A DNA stretch of 64,000 nt from Massalongia carnosa (Eukaryota), in assembly GCA_965645245.1 (NCBI GenBank), contig OZ287070.1:1240001-1304000 (forward strand), read 5' to 3'. The notes under the pieces are model-generated. The model saw only the letters and a program-made list of their open reading frames with translations, was not told where the DNA came from and searched no databases. Every line of letters begins with the position of its first letter. Within the stretch, counting starts at the first letter, position 1. A program made the translations under genes and the position numbers. Below are positions 26,247 to 36,676 of the stretch, piece by piece.

Positions 26247-27507
26247 TCATGATAAGGCCTCCTTAGAAGATAAAAGCCACGGTTTTCCTTCCCAGAAAGT
26301 GTGCTTGATGATATCTGTATGATCGACAACAATCTTGGCGGCGGCGAGCCTTTTTGGGTACTTTTCCTTCTGAGTTTTCGAGGCGGCCGGTTTATTTTCT
26401 GAATTTGGCTTTGCTAAATGCTGTTTTGGTATATCCCGATCAATTGGTCCACACTCAAGAAGTGTTTTTCCTGGAAAAGATTTACCTCACGGTATAGCAC
26501 ACTGCCTTTCCTATAAATTTCTAACTCATTGTTGTAGTTGATATTGAACCTCGAAAACAAAATTTCATGCTTCTGAGAAGCAAGTGTACCCTAGACAATG
26601 TTTGCAAGATTGCATGTAAAGAGGAGGAACAAGTGTTTTCACCTTGAGTTCCTCCTCGGCTTGTGCTGCGTTCATTCCGCCTTGTTGCTGCAAAGCCCAG
26701 AAGGTAGTATTATAAAGATTATTGATGTGACCTATCGATATGAATGAGCAGGGCAAGCTTGTACAAAGCGAACTTTCCTACAGGAAAGGGGACATATTCA
26801 CAGTCAACTTGTCTCCAACTCAAGTAGTCCCGAATGTTCTCAGGCGTGGGATACTGCACAACTCTGCCGTCGAACGATGGCAGTACATTATCCAGTGGCT
26901 TCTCGGGAAAATGAGACTGCCATGAATGGATATAGCACGAGGTAAAAGTAGAAACTACAGTAGTAAGAATTTTGCTACATTGGCAATATTAGAACCAGAA
27001 GTTAGAGCATTTCCATTGAAACAACACATGCGATCGCCATACATATGTACCTTTCTCGTCGATCAAAGATGTTGCAAGATCGACCCAGTACGAAGCTGGC
27101 ACGCTATTTAGTTAATGGGGATCTTATTAAAATACTAATCAGCGTACCTGAACTCGTCGCTGAGGCCATAAGCCAGGGATATTTCTGGGAGCTCCCTCAT
27201 GACCCCCTGAGCAGCTGCATTCATCAAATCGAGAGCGCGGCGGTCGTTGGGTTTCTCAAAATCATACACAGTGCAAAGCCTGAATAAAGCCCCTAAGTCA
27301 GCGTCTTGTTTTCTTTTGTAGGTGTTATCATCTGGACAGGCTCACGTGTGAAATCTGCGGCCATCGATGCGGACGACGAGATACGTATTTGGCAACAACA
27401 TAACGTTTTGCTCAAACGATTTGACGTATTCATATCTGGTGGCATCTTGTCAAATTTAACAACTACCTACTCTACTGCGACCTGTTTACTTACTTGGAGT
27501 TGGCCAT
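26247..27507 (-). CDS. THG1: tRNA(His) guanylyltransferase, many short exons (mostly missed by the ORF track)
   Basis: Manual translation of the minus strand: [14 protein letters not shown]...[34 protein letters not shown]...[38 protein letters not shown]; stop TGA at 26249-26247. Confidence 0.92.
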
Positions 27508-27633
27508 CTGAACTGTTTTGCAATAGGTATATAGATGATAAGGAGCAATGTACCATTGTTGGCAAGTAAAGTACGTAAAAAGTTTATAGCGTGTGTGCTC
27601 CCAGCTTTTTGCAAAACCCTCCCAACATACCTA

Positions 27634-27680
27634 ACGTAATTCACTAGTCAACGGGACAAACCGCTCAACGGGACTAAGAA
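27634..27680 (+). mobile_element. Orphan pogo/Fot1-group (Tan1/Vader-like) terminal inverted repeat at the left edge of the TE island
   Basis: TA|ACGTAATTCACTAGTCAACGGGACAAACCGCTCAACGGGAC: starts ACGT after TA and carries the internal direct repeat TCAACGGGAC; partner end not found. Confidence 0.5.
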
Positions 27681-27763
27681 AATCCGAAAATATCACTTTT
27701 TGAATGTCTTAGATGCTGAAGCCTTTATACAGTACTTCATACAAATTTCATACAAATATATGT

Positions 27764-28211
27764 TGTCATGAAATCGAACCAACCCGATCCAGAATCAATC
27801 CCGCAGATGAATCTGACTAAGCTCCCGTTCCTCTATTCAGCTTAGTCAGAATCTCATTAACTAAATCGAGTTTAGACCCCTCTCAACGGCTTCAGGTCAA
27901 AGCTGTACCATCACCATCAAAGCGTACCAACGACAGGAGAACCTCATCTCCACCTTTTATCGTCAAACACCTCGTCAAACCTTCGTGCCGTACGTCTCCT
28001 AATAGGGGGAGATGAACACTGATCGAATCTTCATGCAAAGGGGTTCGAGACAAATATAAAAGGAAGGACAAGTTAATTAGATAGTTGACTCCTTGTCCGA
28101 CGTCTTGTATAGCAATCCATCACCTAGCTATAGCCTTATTAATAAAGACATCTTGATCACCCAATCCAATTCCTAGGAACATTAGTTCAATCCCCTGCCC
28201 AGTCCTTGACA
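27764..28211. mobile_element. Solo LTR family A (448 bp), no matching TSD
   Basis: TGTCA...TGACA ends; near-identical inverted copy at 52582-53029; flanks TATGT and GTCTA differ. Confidence 0.88.
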
Positions 28212-29580
28212 GTCTACCTGCAAGACTACCTTTTGACCATCACTCAGACCAACTTTTGATCATAATTCAGATCCCTATTTTTCCACCTCCCATATCATCT
28301 TTTGTCCACCTGTCAGATATTCTTTTGTCTACCTGTCAGATCATCTTTTGTCTATCGCCCATATCATCTTTTGTCAATCGTCCATATCATCTTTTGTTAA
28401 TCGTCTTGACTAACTTCTGATCATCACCCAGACAATCTTTTGTCTACCACTAATAACCTTTTTTTCACATCTCTGGCTAAACTTTGTTCATCACCCAGAT
28501 CACCTTTTGTCTATCGTCTAGACCACCTTTTGACCACCTTTTGACTACTTTTTGTCCATTATCTAGACCACCTTTTGTCCACTACTAATATAACCTTTTG
28601 TCCACCTGTCAGGCCACATTTTGTCCACCTGCCAGACTACCTTTTGTGCACCCCTCATATCACCTTTTAAGCATCGTCCAGACCACCTGCCAGACCACCT
28701 GCCAGACCACCTTTTGTCTACCTGCCAGACTAACTTTTGTCTACCTGCCAGACCACCTTTTGTCCACCTACCAGACCACCTTTTGTCTACTTGTCAGACC
28801 ACCTTTGTCCATCCCTCATATCAACTTATGATCATAATCTAGACTACCTGCCAGACTACCTGCCAGACTACCTTTTATCCACCTGCCAGACCACATGTCA
28901 GGTCACGCACGTCCTGACATAAGCGAATCGGTAGTTATACCGATCTCCTATCTCCGACTAGGACACGGCTCGTGTTCGTATTCTTCTTTTTATTGTACCA
29001 ATCATAATCACTGTAATTAAATCAACGGACTCGCGACCCGAAGAAGTGGGGCTATAGGATAAAGACCTGATCGCCCACTTCTTTCAAGGGGTCACTGATC
29101 AATTTATTGATTTACCACTCTCTATTCGTATATTTATCACGAATCTATATAGTTGTCACGCTGTTAGACTTGACCCCTTACACCACCTTTTATCCACCTG
29201 CCAGACTGCCTTTTGTCTACCTGTCAGACCACATTTAGTCCATCCCTCATATCAACTTTTTATCATAATTTAGACGACCTGCCGGACCACCTTTTGTCCA
29301 TCACCTAGACTACCTTTTTTCTACCTGCCAGATCACCTTTTGTCTACCGCTAATATTACCTTTTGTCAATTACTTATATCACCTTTTGATTATCCTCTAG
29401 ACCACCTGCCAGACCCCTGCCCAACCACTTTTTGTCTATTACCCAGCCACCCAGACTACCTTTTGTCTATAACACAGATCACCTTTTTTCTTCCTGCCAG
29501 ACCATCTTATGTCTATCATACAGACCTCCTTTTGTCTATCACCCAGACCCCTTTTTGTCCACCTGCCAGACAACCTTATG
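28212..29580. repeat. Degenerate minisatellite, unit about 23 bp (CCAGACCACCTTTTGTCCACCTG) with 12-bp subunits
   Basis: Dozens of decayed units with C-to-T variants; interrupted by a solo LTR. Confidence 0.88.
28896..29182. mobile_element. Solo LTR (287 bp) inserted in the minisatellite
   Basis: TGTCAGG...CCTTACA ends; flanks CCACA and CCACC; the array resumes on both sides. Confidence 0.7.
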
Positions 29581-31088
29581 TCCCCCAACTAAAATCATTA
29601 ATAGTCAGTAATTAATGATAATTGAAATAAATTATGAAATATATGAAGCAGATGATGAAGTAAATAATAAAGTAGCTGTCATGGAATGACTGGGCACCTG
29701 CCAGTTAGTTCATTGAATCAACCTTAGCTGCTTGAACGAAGCACTAGCCGGTTAGCCGATCCGAAAGGAACTAAGCTTAATCCGGTTCAAAGGTAAGTGT
29801 TCCGACTATCAATAGTGTCATGGCGATAGTTTCATGCTAGGGACTTGGGGAAATTAGATCAACGGCTGGATTGGGACTAGTTCCGTTCGCCAGAGTCTTA
29901 TACTCGTCCACGTTGGATTTTCTGTTTCTTTTCTCGTTGTCGAACGTCTTGTCTACCTAGCTAGACAATCAAGTAACACGCTTGCACAACCTGAATTCCT
30001 ACCTGACCTCGCACCGGGACAGTAGCAACGCGTTAACAAAACAATAATAATATTGATATAATCGACACTAAACTACATCGAGTCAACGTTAAACCGAATC
30101 GAGGTTTTTTGCAAGTTCGTTAGAAGGACGGATTTAGCGCGGTTTTCGGGAACATCAAAACATGAAAACCTTACATAACGACAACCTCTCACGGCCTACA
30201 ACGGGCGTAAAAGAACGTAGTTTTCGCGATCCGGACTGATATCAACAGGATCAGTTGATCTCCGAAGTTTGACGAAGTAAAACGGTCCGGTACGGTGGAG
30301 GCAAGAGGGGAGTTTTTGGTCCTGTCCGCACGACGTCCTCTCCGCATTAAACTTTAATTCAGTACTATATAGATGTATTGTCAATATGGCTATATAACAA
30401 AGATAATATGTGTCGAGATATATATGTAGATATGTGAAAAGATATAAAGATGTAGATATGTAAAGGTATGATAATGTTACGTAGACGTACCCTGAATATA
30501 GCGGTGGCAACCCAGTAGACCTAGAGGATTGGCTAGAGCTAGGGATACGGTTATAGACTGTCACGAAATCAGGTCGAGGGCAAGGGCAAAGGCAAGGTGG
30601 GTTGATGGTCAAGCTTATTGATTGAGTCTATAGCTATGAATCTAGGCTAGGCTAGGTTGGCTATTCAAGACGTTCGACAAAGAATCAGAACTTCCATGAT
30701 TCGACTTCTTTCTTATATCTTTGTCCTCCCATATTCATCTTTCTAGGGTGGCGGCGAATGATGTCTAGTCAGTGCGATGATGAATGAGGGGCATTATAGC
30801 GGCAATAAGCACGATGGGGTCAGCGAGGAGACGGGAGATGTCAAACATCAATGCGAAGCTATTAGACATGATAATAGTCGAAAGACGGGAATAAATCATC
30901 AATGCGAGGCTGATTAATGATCAGTAATCGGCGAATTCGAAGAATGATATGAGGGTCCCGAAGGCATGGCACGACGTCCGTGAGTAGTCATCAGATCAAG
31001 GCACGTGATAGAGGCACGTGGTGAGGTCGGAGGCATTTCATGACAGTAGCTCCCCCTTCAAGGCAGAGCTCCTGCGATGCCATCTTAT

Positions 31089-34000
31089 CTATGCCTCGTG
31101 GCATTGGCAACGGGGAATTTGACAGGGGTTTAGATGAGGGCCGGCCGCATTGGGATAGGCTTGGTGGTATTCGTCTATGACTTGCTGACAATTGATGAGA
31201 TAGTTGAAAGGCTCCCAGGTGGAAGGATGCCCTTCCCAATCCACTAGGTATTTCAGAAGCGGGGGTTGAAAACGTCGGTCGAGCTTGGAATTCAATACCC
31301 TATTGACATACCATTCTCGTTGGCCATCTTCGGCGATGACGGGGTCTCTAGGCTCCGGTCTCTGCCCGGGGAGGGGGTCATTGGCATCATGCTGCAACAG
31401 ATTGACGTGAAAGACGGGATGGATTTTGACGGTATCGGGAAGCTCCAGCTGTACGATCAAGGGGTTGGAAAACACCTTGCTGACGCGGTAGGGGCCGATA
31501 TTTCGGTCATCCAGCTTGACTGTGGGGCGAGCGGTTTGGATATTTCTGGTGCTTAGCCACACCATATCGCCAACGAAATAGCGGGGGCAGGGACGTCGGT
31601 TAGCATTTGCAGTTGCTTCGTACGAAGCTTGGGCCATCAGCATTTCGTCTCGAAGATGAGTGTCGATATCCTGCATCTTATTCACGAACTGATTGGCTGC
31701 AACTAGGTTTGCTCTGCCCTGAGCGGTTAGGTCTTGCGGCAGGGGTTCCTCCGGTTCAAATCCCATGCGGGGATGTTGCCCGAAGTTGGCTAGGAAGGGG
31801 GAGGCCAGGATACTAGATGAATCGGTGTTATTGCTGGCGAATTCGGCGCCAGGAAGCCATTGTGCCCAGTCATCCTGCATGTAGTTGACATAAGCCCTTA
31901 GGTAGTGCTCCATGGTGGCGTTGGCTCGCTCGGTCTGCCCGTCGGTCTCCGGGTGGTATCCGGTGGATAGCTTGGCGTCGATTTTCAGCCTCTTGCACAT
32001 GAGCTGCCAGAAATCGGAGACGAATTGGGGGCCACGATCAGAAACCATGGCTTCGGGAAGCCCATGTAGTTTCCAGACATTCTGATAGAACGCATCGGCG
32101 GCGTCTTCAACTTCCATGGACGTGATAGGAATGAAATGTCGCATCTTGGACAGGCGATCTATAACCACCAAGATGTAGCGATAAGTGATTCCAATGAAGG
32201 TGCTGGGGGTCAGGGGGCCTACATAATCCATGGAAATATCCCGCCATCTGCGCTCGGGGGGGGGGAGTGGGCGTAGCCAGCCCTGATAGCGCTGGCGGGA
32301 TGGTTTTGATCTTCTGCAAGTGTGGCAGTTTCGGATAAATCGCTTGATGGACTGATGCATGCTGGGCCACCAGTAGGATCGATTTACCAACTCATGGCAT
32401 TTGGAACGGCCCGGATGTCCGCCGGCGACGCTATCGTGAGCGAGTTGAATGATACGAAGCCTCAGACGATCGGATCGAGGTACGTATTTCTTGTTTCGAA
32501 AATACAAGATACCGTCCCTATCTTCGCATTCGGCTAATTGGATTCGATTGTGATGCCTCTCGTTATTACGAAGGGCTTCCAGGACTTCGGGGGCGAATTG
32601 GTCTCGTGTCAGGGCTTGTTCCCAGAGGAGCTCCGTGGAGATATCCTCATCGGGATCGATGAGGTCCTCATCTAGCTGAGGTTCTGCTTCTTCGATATCT
32701 GCATCATCTAGGAAAGCTGGTGCCAGAAGAATGGATCGCAAATAACTTTTTGCGACTTCCTCATCCAGGTTTTCGGTTTTCAAAATGGTTTGGTGTTGAA
32801 ATTTCCTTCGCTCGTCCGTATCATCCCCTTCTTTAGGAAGATCTCCCGATCGACGAGTTAGAGCGTCCGGTTTTCCTCCGGCTTTTCCTGGTCGATAGAC
32901 TATCTTGAAGTCAAATCGAGAGAGAAATTCGCTCCATCTAGCTTGGCGACGGCTGAGCTGCTTGGTGGAGGCAAAATACTCCAGGTTTTTGTGGTCGGAT
33001 ATGACGCTGATGGGGAAGGCAGATCCTTCTAGTTCGGGTCGCCATTCTTCAAAACATCGAACGATTGCCATCAGTTCTTTGTCATAGATCTCGTAGTTGC
33101 ACTCGGCGGGATTGTGCTTCTTTGAGAAGTAGGCGACGGGGTGAAGTATCCCATCATCGTCGTATTGAGAAAGAATGCCCCCCGAAACATAGTCGGAGGC
33201 ATCGGTTTCGACGATGATGGGACGATCGGGGTCGAAATGCCTGAGAATGACATCGGAGGTGAAAGCTTTTTTCAGCATTTCGAATGCCAATTGGCATTTG
33301 TCAGTCCACAGGAATTCCGTCTCCTTCTTGGTCAGGTTGGTTAGGGGGCCAGCTATGTCGCTAAACCCATACACGAATCGTCTATAAAAGTTAGCAAAAC
33401 CCAGAAAGCTTTGCACATCTTTCACATTGACGAGGTTTGGCCAATTGACGACGGTTTCCACCTTGGCCGGGTCCATTTTTATCCCTTCGGTGGTCACGAT
33501 CATCCCTAGGTATGCAATTTCGGTGACATGGAACTTGCACTTGGTGATGTCGGCTTGCAGGCCTGCATCTCGGAGTCGAGACAGGATTTTTTTGACGTGG
33601 ACCTCGTGCTCCAGCTCATTGTCACTGTAGATGAGGATATCATCTAGGTACGCAGTGCAAAAGTCAGCAAGATACTCGTGAAGCGTATCGTTGATGAAGT
33701 GCTGAAATGAGGCGGGCCCGTTGCATAGGCCGAAGGGTAGGACCAAGGACTCGAAAAGGCCGAAACGAGTGCGAAAAGCGGTGAGTTCTTCGTCTCCTTC
33801 TCGTATGCGGAGCATATTGAAGGCGGCGATGATGTCTATCTTGGTGAATATCTTGGCTTTGATTAATTGGTGCAGGGTCTCGGCGATCAAGGGCAGCGGA
33901 TAGCGATCCTTAATCGTGATGGCATTCAGAGCACGATAATCCACGCAAAATCGAAGTCCCCCACCTGGCTTTTTCACGAACATCACCGGGGAGGCGGCGT

Positions 34001-35546
34001 GGGAGCGACTAGCCCGAATAAATCCCTTGGCTAGATTTTCGTCGAGGTAGCGGCGGAGCTCCTCGATTTCGGTACGACTCATACCATACAGGGCCTGACT
34101 AGGGGCCTGCGTACCTTCTTTCAGGTTTATGGCATGATCGTAGGGACGGCGGGGGGGCAAGTCTTCGGATTTCTTCTTCGAGAAGACATCTAGGAATTCG
34201 TGGTATTGCTTGGGCAGAAGGGGGGCTGGGTCGACGTTCTTACTTTCTCGGTAAGCGTCTAACTCTTCACGAGTCACGGCGGTGGCTAGGGTTAGGGCCT
34301 TATTCATCTTGAATAAGGCTAGGTGGATTTCTTTCTCGTGCGGGCTTGCTCGAGATGGCAATGGTTGGTAGGCTGGGCTGGGTTTTTTGGCTTTTTCGAT
34401 CAAATCGGGGGCTGAACTAGGTGAGGCTTTCATTACTAGAGGTTCGGGGTTGGTTTTTCCTAGAAAGAGGTCAATTTCTTTCATGGACAGGGCGAAACTA
34501 TCGTGGTTTTTCTTCCGAGTCAGTCGATTGAAGGAGATAGCTCCGATTTCGCAGACATTCATCTGCGGGGTGGTTTTGCGTGCTGCTTGATGAGCACGTC
34601 TTTGGGTGGATGTCCGCAATTTGGACGGGCTTCGGTATCGGATTTTCGGGGGGGGAAGCCCTTGCTGGATTGCATTTTCAATGCGACTGGGTTCATCGGT
34701 GGGGTTTTGAGGCTGGGGTTCGGGTTCATTGATTTCGGGTTTGATTAAGGTGAAATCGCGCGGCGCGGTTTTGAACAAAGGGATGGATTCCTCGATTTTG
34801 ACGGGATTGTCAGGAATGGAATTTTTGATTGTGGGAATTTCTTCCCCCTCTTCTAGAGAAGTTATCGACGTTCTGATAGACGTGTCTTGATTGATAACTT
34901 TTCCTAGGGCGTCTTCGAGGATCTCTTCATCCCAGATTTTTCGACTCTCGGCTGGGGTGAGGAATTCTTCCTCAACGGCTTGAAGCTTGACGGGGTGGGG
35001 GCAACAGTGAGTGAGGCAGTAGGGGGAGGCAAAGGTGAGCGTATTATGCCCAAAATCGGCTATGGCGTTATGCCGGCGGAGCCATGGATGGCCCAGGATA
35101 ATGGGATAATTTTTTAACCCGGTGACATATAGAAAGAGTTTTTCTACATGACCTTCTAGATCCATGGTGATTTCGGCCACATGAGTGATATTGCCGGATA
35201 GAGCCCTTTGGCCGTCGAATCCTTCGAGCCGGCGGGGATATTTGAGAAGATGAAGGGGAATTTGGTTAGTATGCGCAAATTTCTCATCGATGAATGAAAA
35301 GCCAGATGCACCACAATCAATTAGATTATACGTTCTAATCCTAGATCTAGATAATCGCAAGATACCTGTCATCACCATGTGACTGTCTCTGAACGTCTTA
35401 TCTGATTCAAACAGCTCCAAAGCGGAGGCTGCGGAAAATCGCGTATTGGATCTCAAAGAGGGGGAAAAACTGGCCATCAAACATGAGGAAATGAGAAGGG
35501 GGGGGAGTCCCTGCACGCGACGATGTGCAGAGACTAGGCTTTTCCC
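31089..35546 (-). CDS. pol: G1 Pol (protease, RT, RNase H, integrase, chromodomain), in the -1 frame relative to gag
   Basis: LIDCGAS, LRFCVDYR, YLDD, ETDAS, DHKNL, HHCC zinc finger, SDRG, TDGQTER, GPY, C-terminal WYVNRVL...YLVDWEG...WEP chromodomain. Confidence 0.95.
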   Translation of the reverse strand, partial: GKSLVSAHRRVQGLPPLLISSCLMASFSPSLRSNTRFSAASALELFESDKTFRDSHMVMTGILRLSRSRIRTYNLIDCGASGFSFIDEKFAHTNQIPLHLLKYPRRLEGFDGQRALSGNITHVAEITMDLEGHVEKLFLYVTGLKNYPIILGHPWLRRHNAIADFGHNTLTFASPYCLTHCCPHPVKLQAVEEEFLTPAESRKIWDEEILEDALGKVINQDTSIRTSITSLEEGEEIPTIKNSIPDNPVKIEESIPLFKTAPRDFTLIKPEINEPEPQPQNPTDEPSRIENAIQQGLPPPKIRYRSPSKLRTSTQRRAHQAARKTTPQMNVCEIGAISFNRLTRKKNHDSFALSMKEIDLFLGKTNPEPLVMKASPSSAPDLIEKAKKPSPAYQPLPSRASPHEKEIHLALFKMNKALTLATAVTREELDAYRESKNVDPAPLLPKQYHEFLDVFSKKKSEDLPPRRPYDHAINLKEGTQAPSQALYGMSRTEIEELRRYLDENLAKGFIRASRSHAASPVMFVKKPGGGLRFCVDYRALNAITIKDRYPLPLIAETLHQLIKAKIFTKIDIIAAFNMLRIREGDEELTAFRTRFGLFESLVLPFGLCNGPASFQHFINDTLHEYLADFCTAYLDDILIYSDNELEHEVHVKKILSRLRDAGLQADITKCKFHVTEIAYLGMIVTTEGIKMDPAKVETVVNWPNLVNVKDVQSFLGFANFYRRFVYGFSDIAGPLTNLTKKETEFLWTDKCQLAFEMLKKAFTSDVILRHFDPDRPIIVETDASDYVSGGILSQYDDDGILHPVAYFSKKHNPAECNYEIYDKELMAIVRCFEEWRPELEGSAFPISVISDHKNLEYFASTKQLSRRQARWSEFLSRFDFKIVYRPGKAGGKPDALTRRSGDLPKEGDDTDERRKFQHQTILKTENLDEEVAKSYLRSILLAPAFLDDADIEEAEPQLDEDLIDPDEDISTELLWEQALTRDQFAPEVLEALRNNERHHNRIQLAECEDRDGILYFRNKKYVPRSDRLRLRIIQLAHDSVAGGHPGRSKCHELVNRSYWWPSMHQSIKRFIRNCHTCRRSKPSRQRYQGWLRPLPPPERRWRDISMDYVGPLTPSTFIGITYRYILVVIDRLSKMRHFIPITSMEVEDAADAFYQNVWKLHGLPEAMVSDRGPQFVSDFWQLMCKRLKIDAKLSTGYHPETDGQTERANATMEHYLRAYVNYMQDDWAQWLPGAEFASNNTDSSSILASPFLANFGQHPRMGFEPEEPLPQDLTAQGRANLVAANQFVNKMQDIDTHLRDEMLMAQASYEATANANRRPCPRYFVGDMVWLSTRNIQTARPTVKLDDRNIGPYRVSKVFSNPLIVQLELPDTVKIHPVFHVNLLQHDANDPLPGQRPEPRDPVIAEDGQREWYVNRVLNSKLDRRFQPPLLKYLVDWEGHPSTWEPFNYLINCQQVIDEYHQAYPNAAGPHLNPCQIPRCQCHEA

Positions 35547-36676
35547 TGATCAATATCAGGGGCTTCGAGCTCCATGCTCCGAAGGTTGGTTCGCTTGTTG
35601 GGACAGTCAGTTGCTGACTTCCCTGGATGCTGCAATTTGCAGTAGAAACACAACTTCCAGTCTTCGCAGATTTTGCGGACCCCCTCGGTTTTGAGCGATT
35701 GGCCTTTCACCGCTGCCATGGCAGAGCTTAGGTCCATGGGGTCGCCAATGAGCAGCGCAGGGGAGGCGGGAGAAGCGACAGGTGCTTTGGCAGCGGGAGC
35801 GACTGTCGGGGGAAGTGCTGATAACGGGTTTGGCTTTTTCGGTGTCGGGGTGATAGTGGTGGTGTTCGCCTTTGGGGCAATGTGGCGGATCTGCCGAAGG
35901 CCACGATCTGTCTCCAACCACATGGTGACGTGCTCGTCGAAGGTGGTTGGTTGCCTTTGGGTTCCGGGGACCCTATACATTAGGGCTGCGGTCTGGGTTG
36001 AATAATTCACATTTGCCTTCATGGCATCGATCAGGCTGGCATCTTCCATCTTGGACCGGTCTTTTTTCTGCGCAAAAAGGTTGTAGTACTCCTCGAAGCT
36101 ACTACTTCCCTGTTTGAGGATATCGCGAAGGTATTTGCGAGCATCCTCCTGCTCGTAGGGATTTCCGCATGCGCGGCGGAGGGCTGATCGCCATTCAGCA
36201 AATGAGGTGAGTACGCAAAGGCCATCGACCCTGTACGCATTCATTAGGTTATGAGCCTTTTTGCCTATGGTGAGTCGGCTTTCGGCATAGGCAATTTTGG
36301 CTTGATCGAACGGGTATCGATCATTGTTGACATGCATCCTTTGAATCAGGGACTGCTCCCACGCATCCAGCTTGACTTCTTCGCCCTCATACTCCGTGAT
36401 GTCCGGGAGCTTTTCGGAGCGGATGAGGGAGTTTTTTGACGCCAGGAGCAGCTGCATCATGGCCATGATTTGCGGATCCAAGGTAGGGGGGGGTGGATTT
36501 GAGATAGGTATGGGCTCGGAAATAGAAGGGGTATTGGCATTGTTGCGAAGTTGGTTTACTTCGGCTTCTAGGTTGTCCATTTGACTCAGGAATTGCTGAG
36601 GGTCTGCCTGAAGACGTTCCTGAATGAATCGAATACGCTTATCCAGCTCGGAGAGGTTCTCTTCTGCTGAAGACAT
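35534..36676 (-). CDS. gag: G1 Gag
   Basis: RSEKLPD, LKQG...Y major homology region, DPMDLS, Cys/His knuckle CFYCKLQHPGKSATDC. Confidence 0.92.
   Translation of the reverse strand: MSSAEENLSELDKRIRFIQERLQADPQQFLSQMDNLEAEVNQLRNNANTPSISEPIPISNPPPPTLDPQIMAMMQLLLASKNSLIRSEKLPDITEYEGEEVKLDAWEQSLIQRMHVNNDRYPFDQAKIAYAESRLTIGKKAHNLMNAYRVDGLCVLTSFAEWRSALRRACGNPYEQEDARKYLRDILKQGSSSFEEYYNLFAQKKDRSKMEDASLIDAMKANVNYSTQTAALMYRVPGTQRQPTTFDEHVTMWLETDRGLRQIRHIAPKANTTTITPTPKKPNPLSALPPTVAPAAKAPVASPASPALLIGDPMDLSSAMAAVKGQSLKTEGVRKICEDWKLCFYCKLQHPGKSATDCPNKRTNLRSMELEAPDIDQGKA

Noticed and set aside
7167..27507. Histidine-themed cluster (HIS4 plus THG1)
   Set aside because: Separated by many unrelated housekeeping genes; no evidence of co-regulation.
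28212..29580. CRISPR-like array
   Set aside because: Units are contiguous and degenerate with no unique spacers; eukaryotic context and no cas genes.
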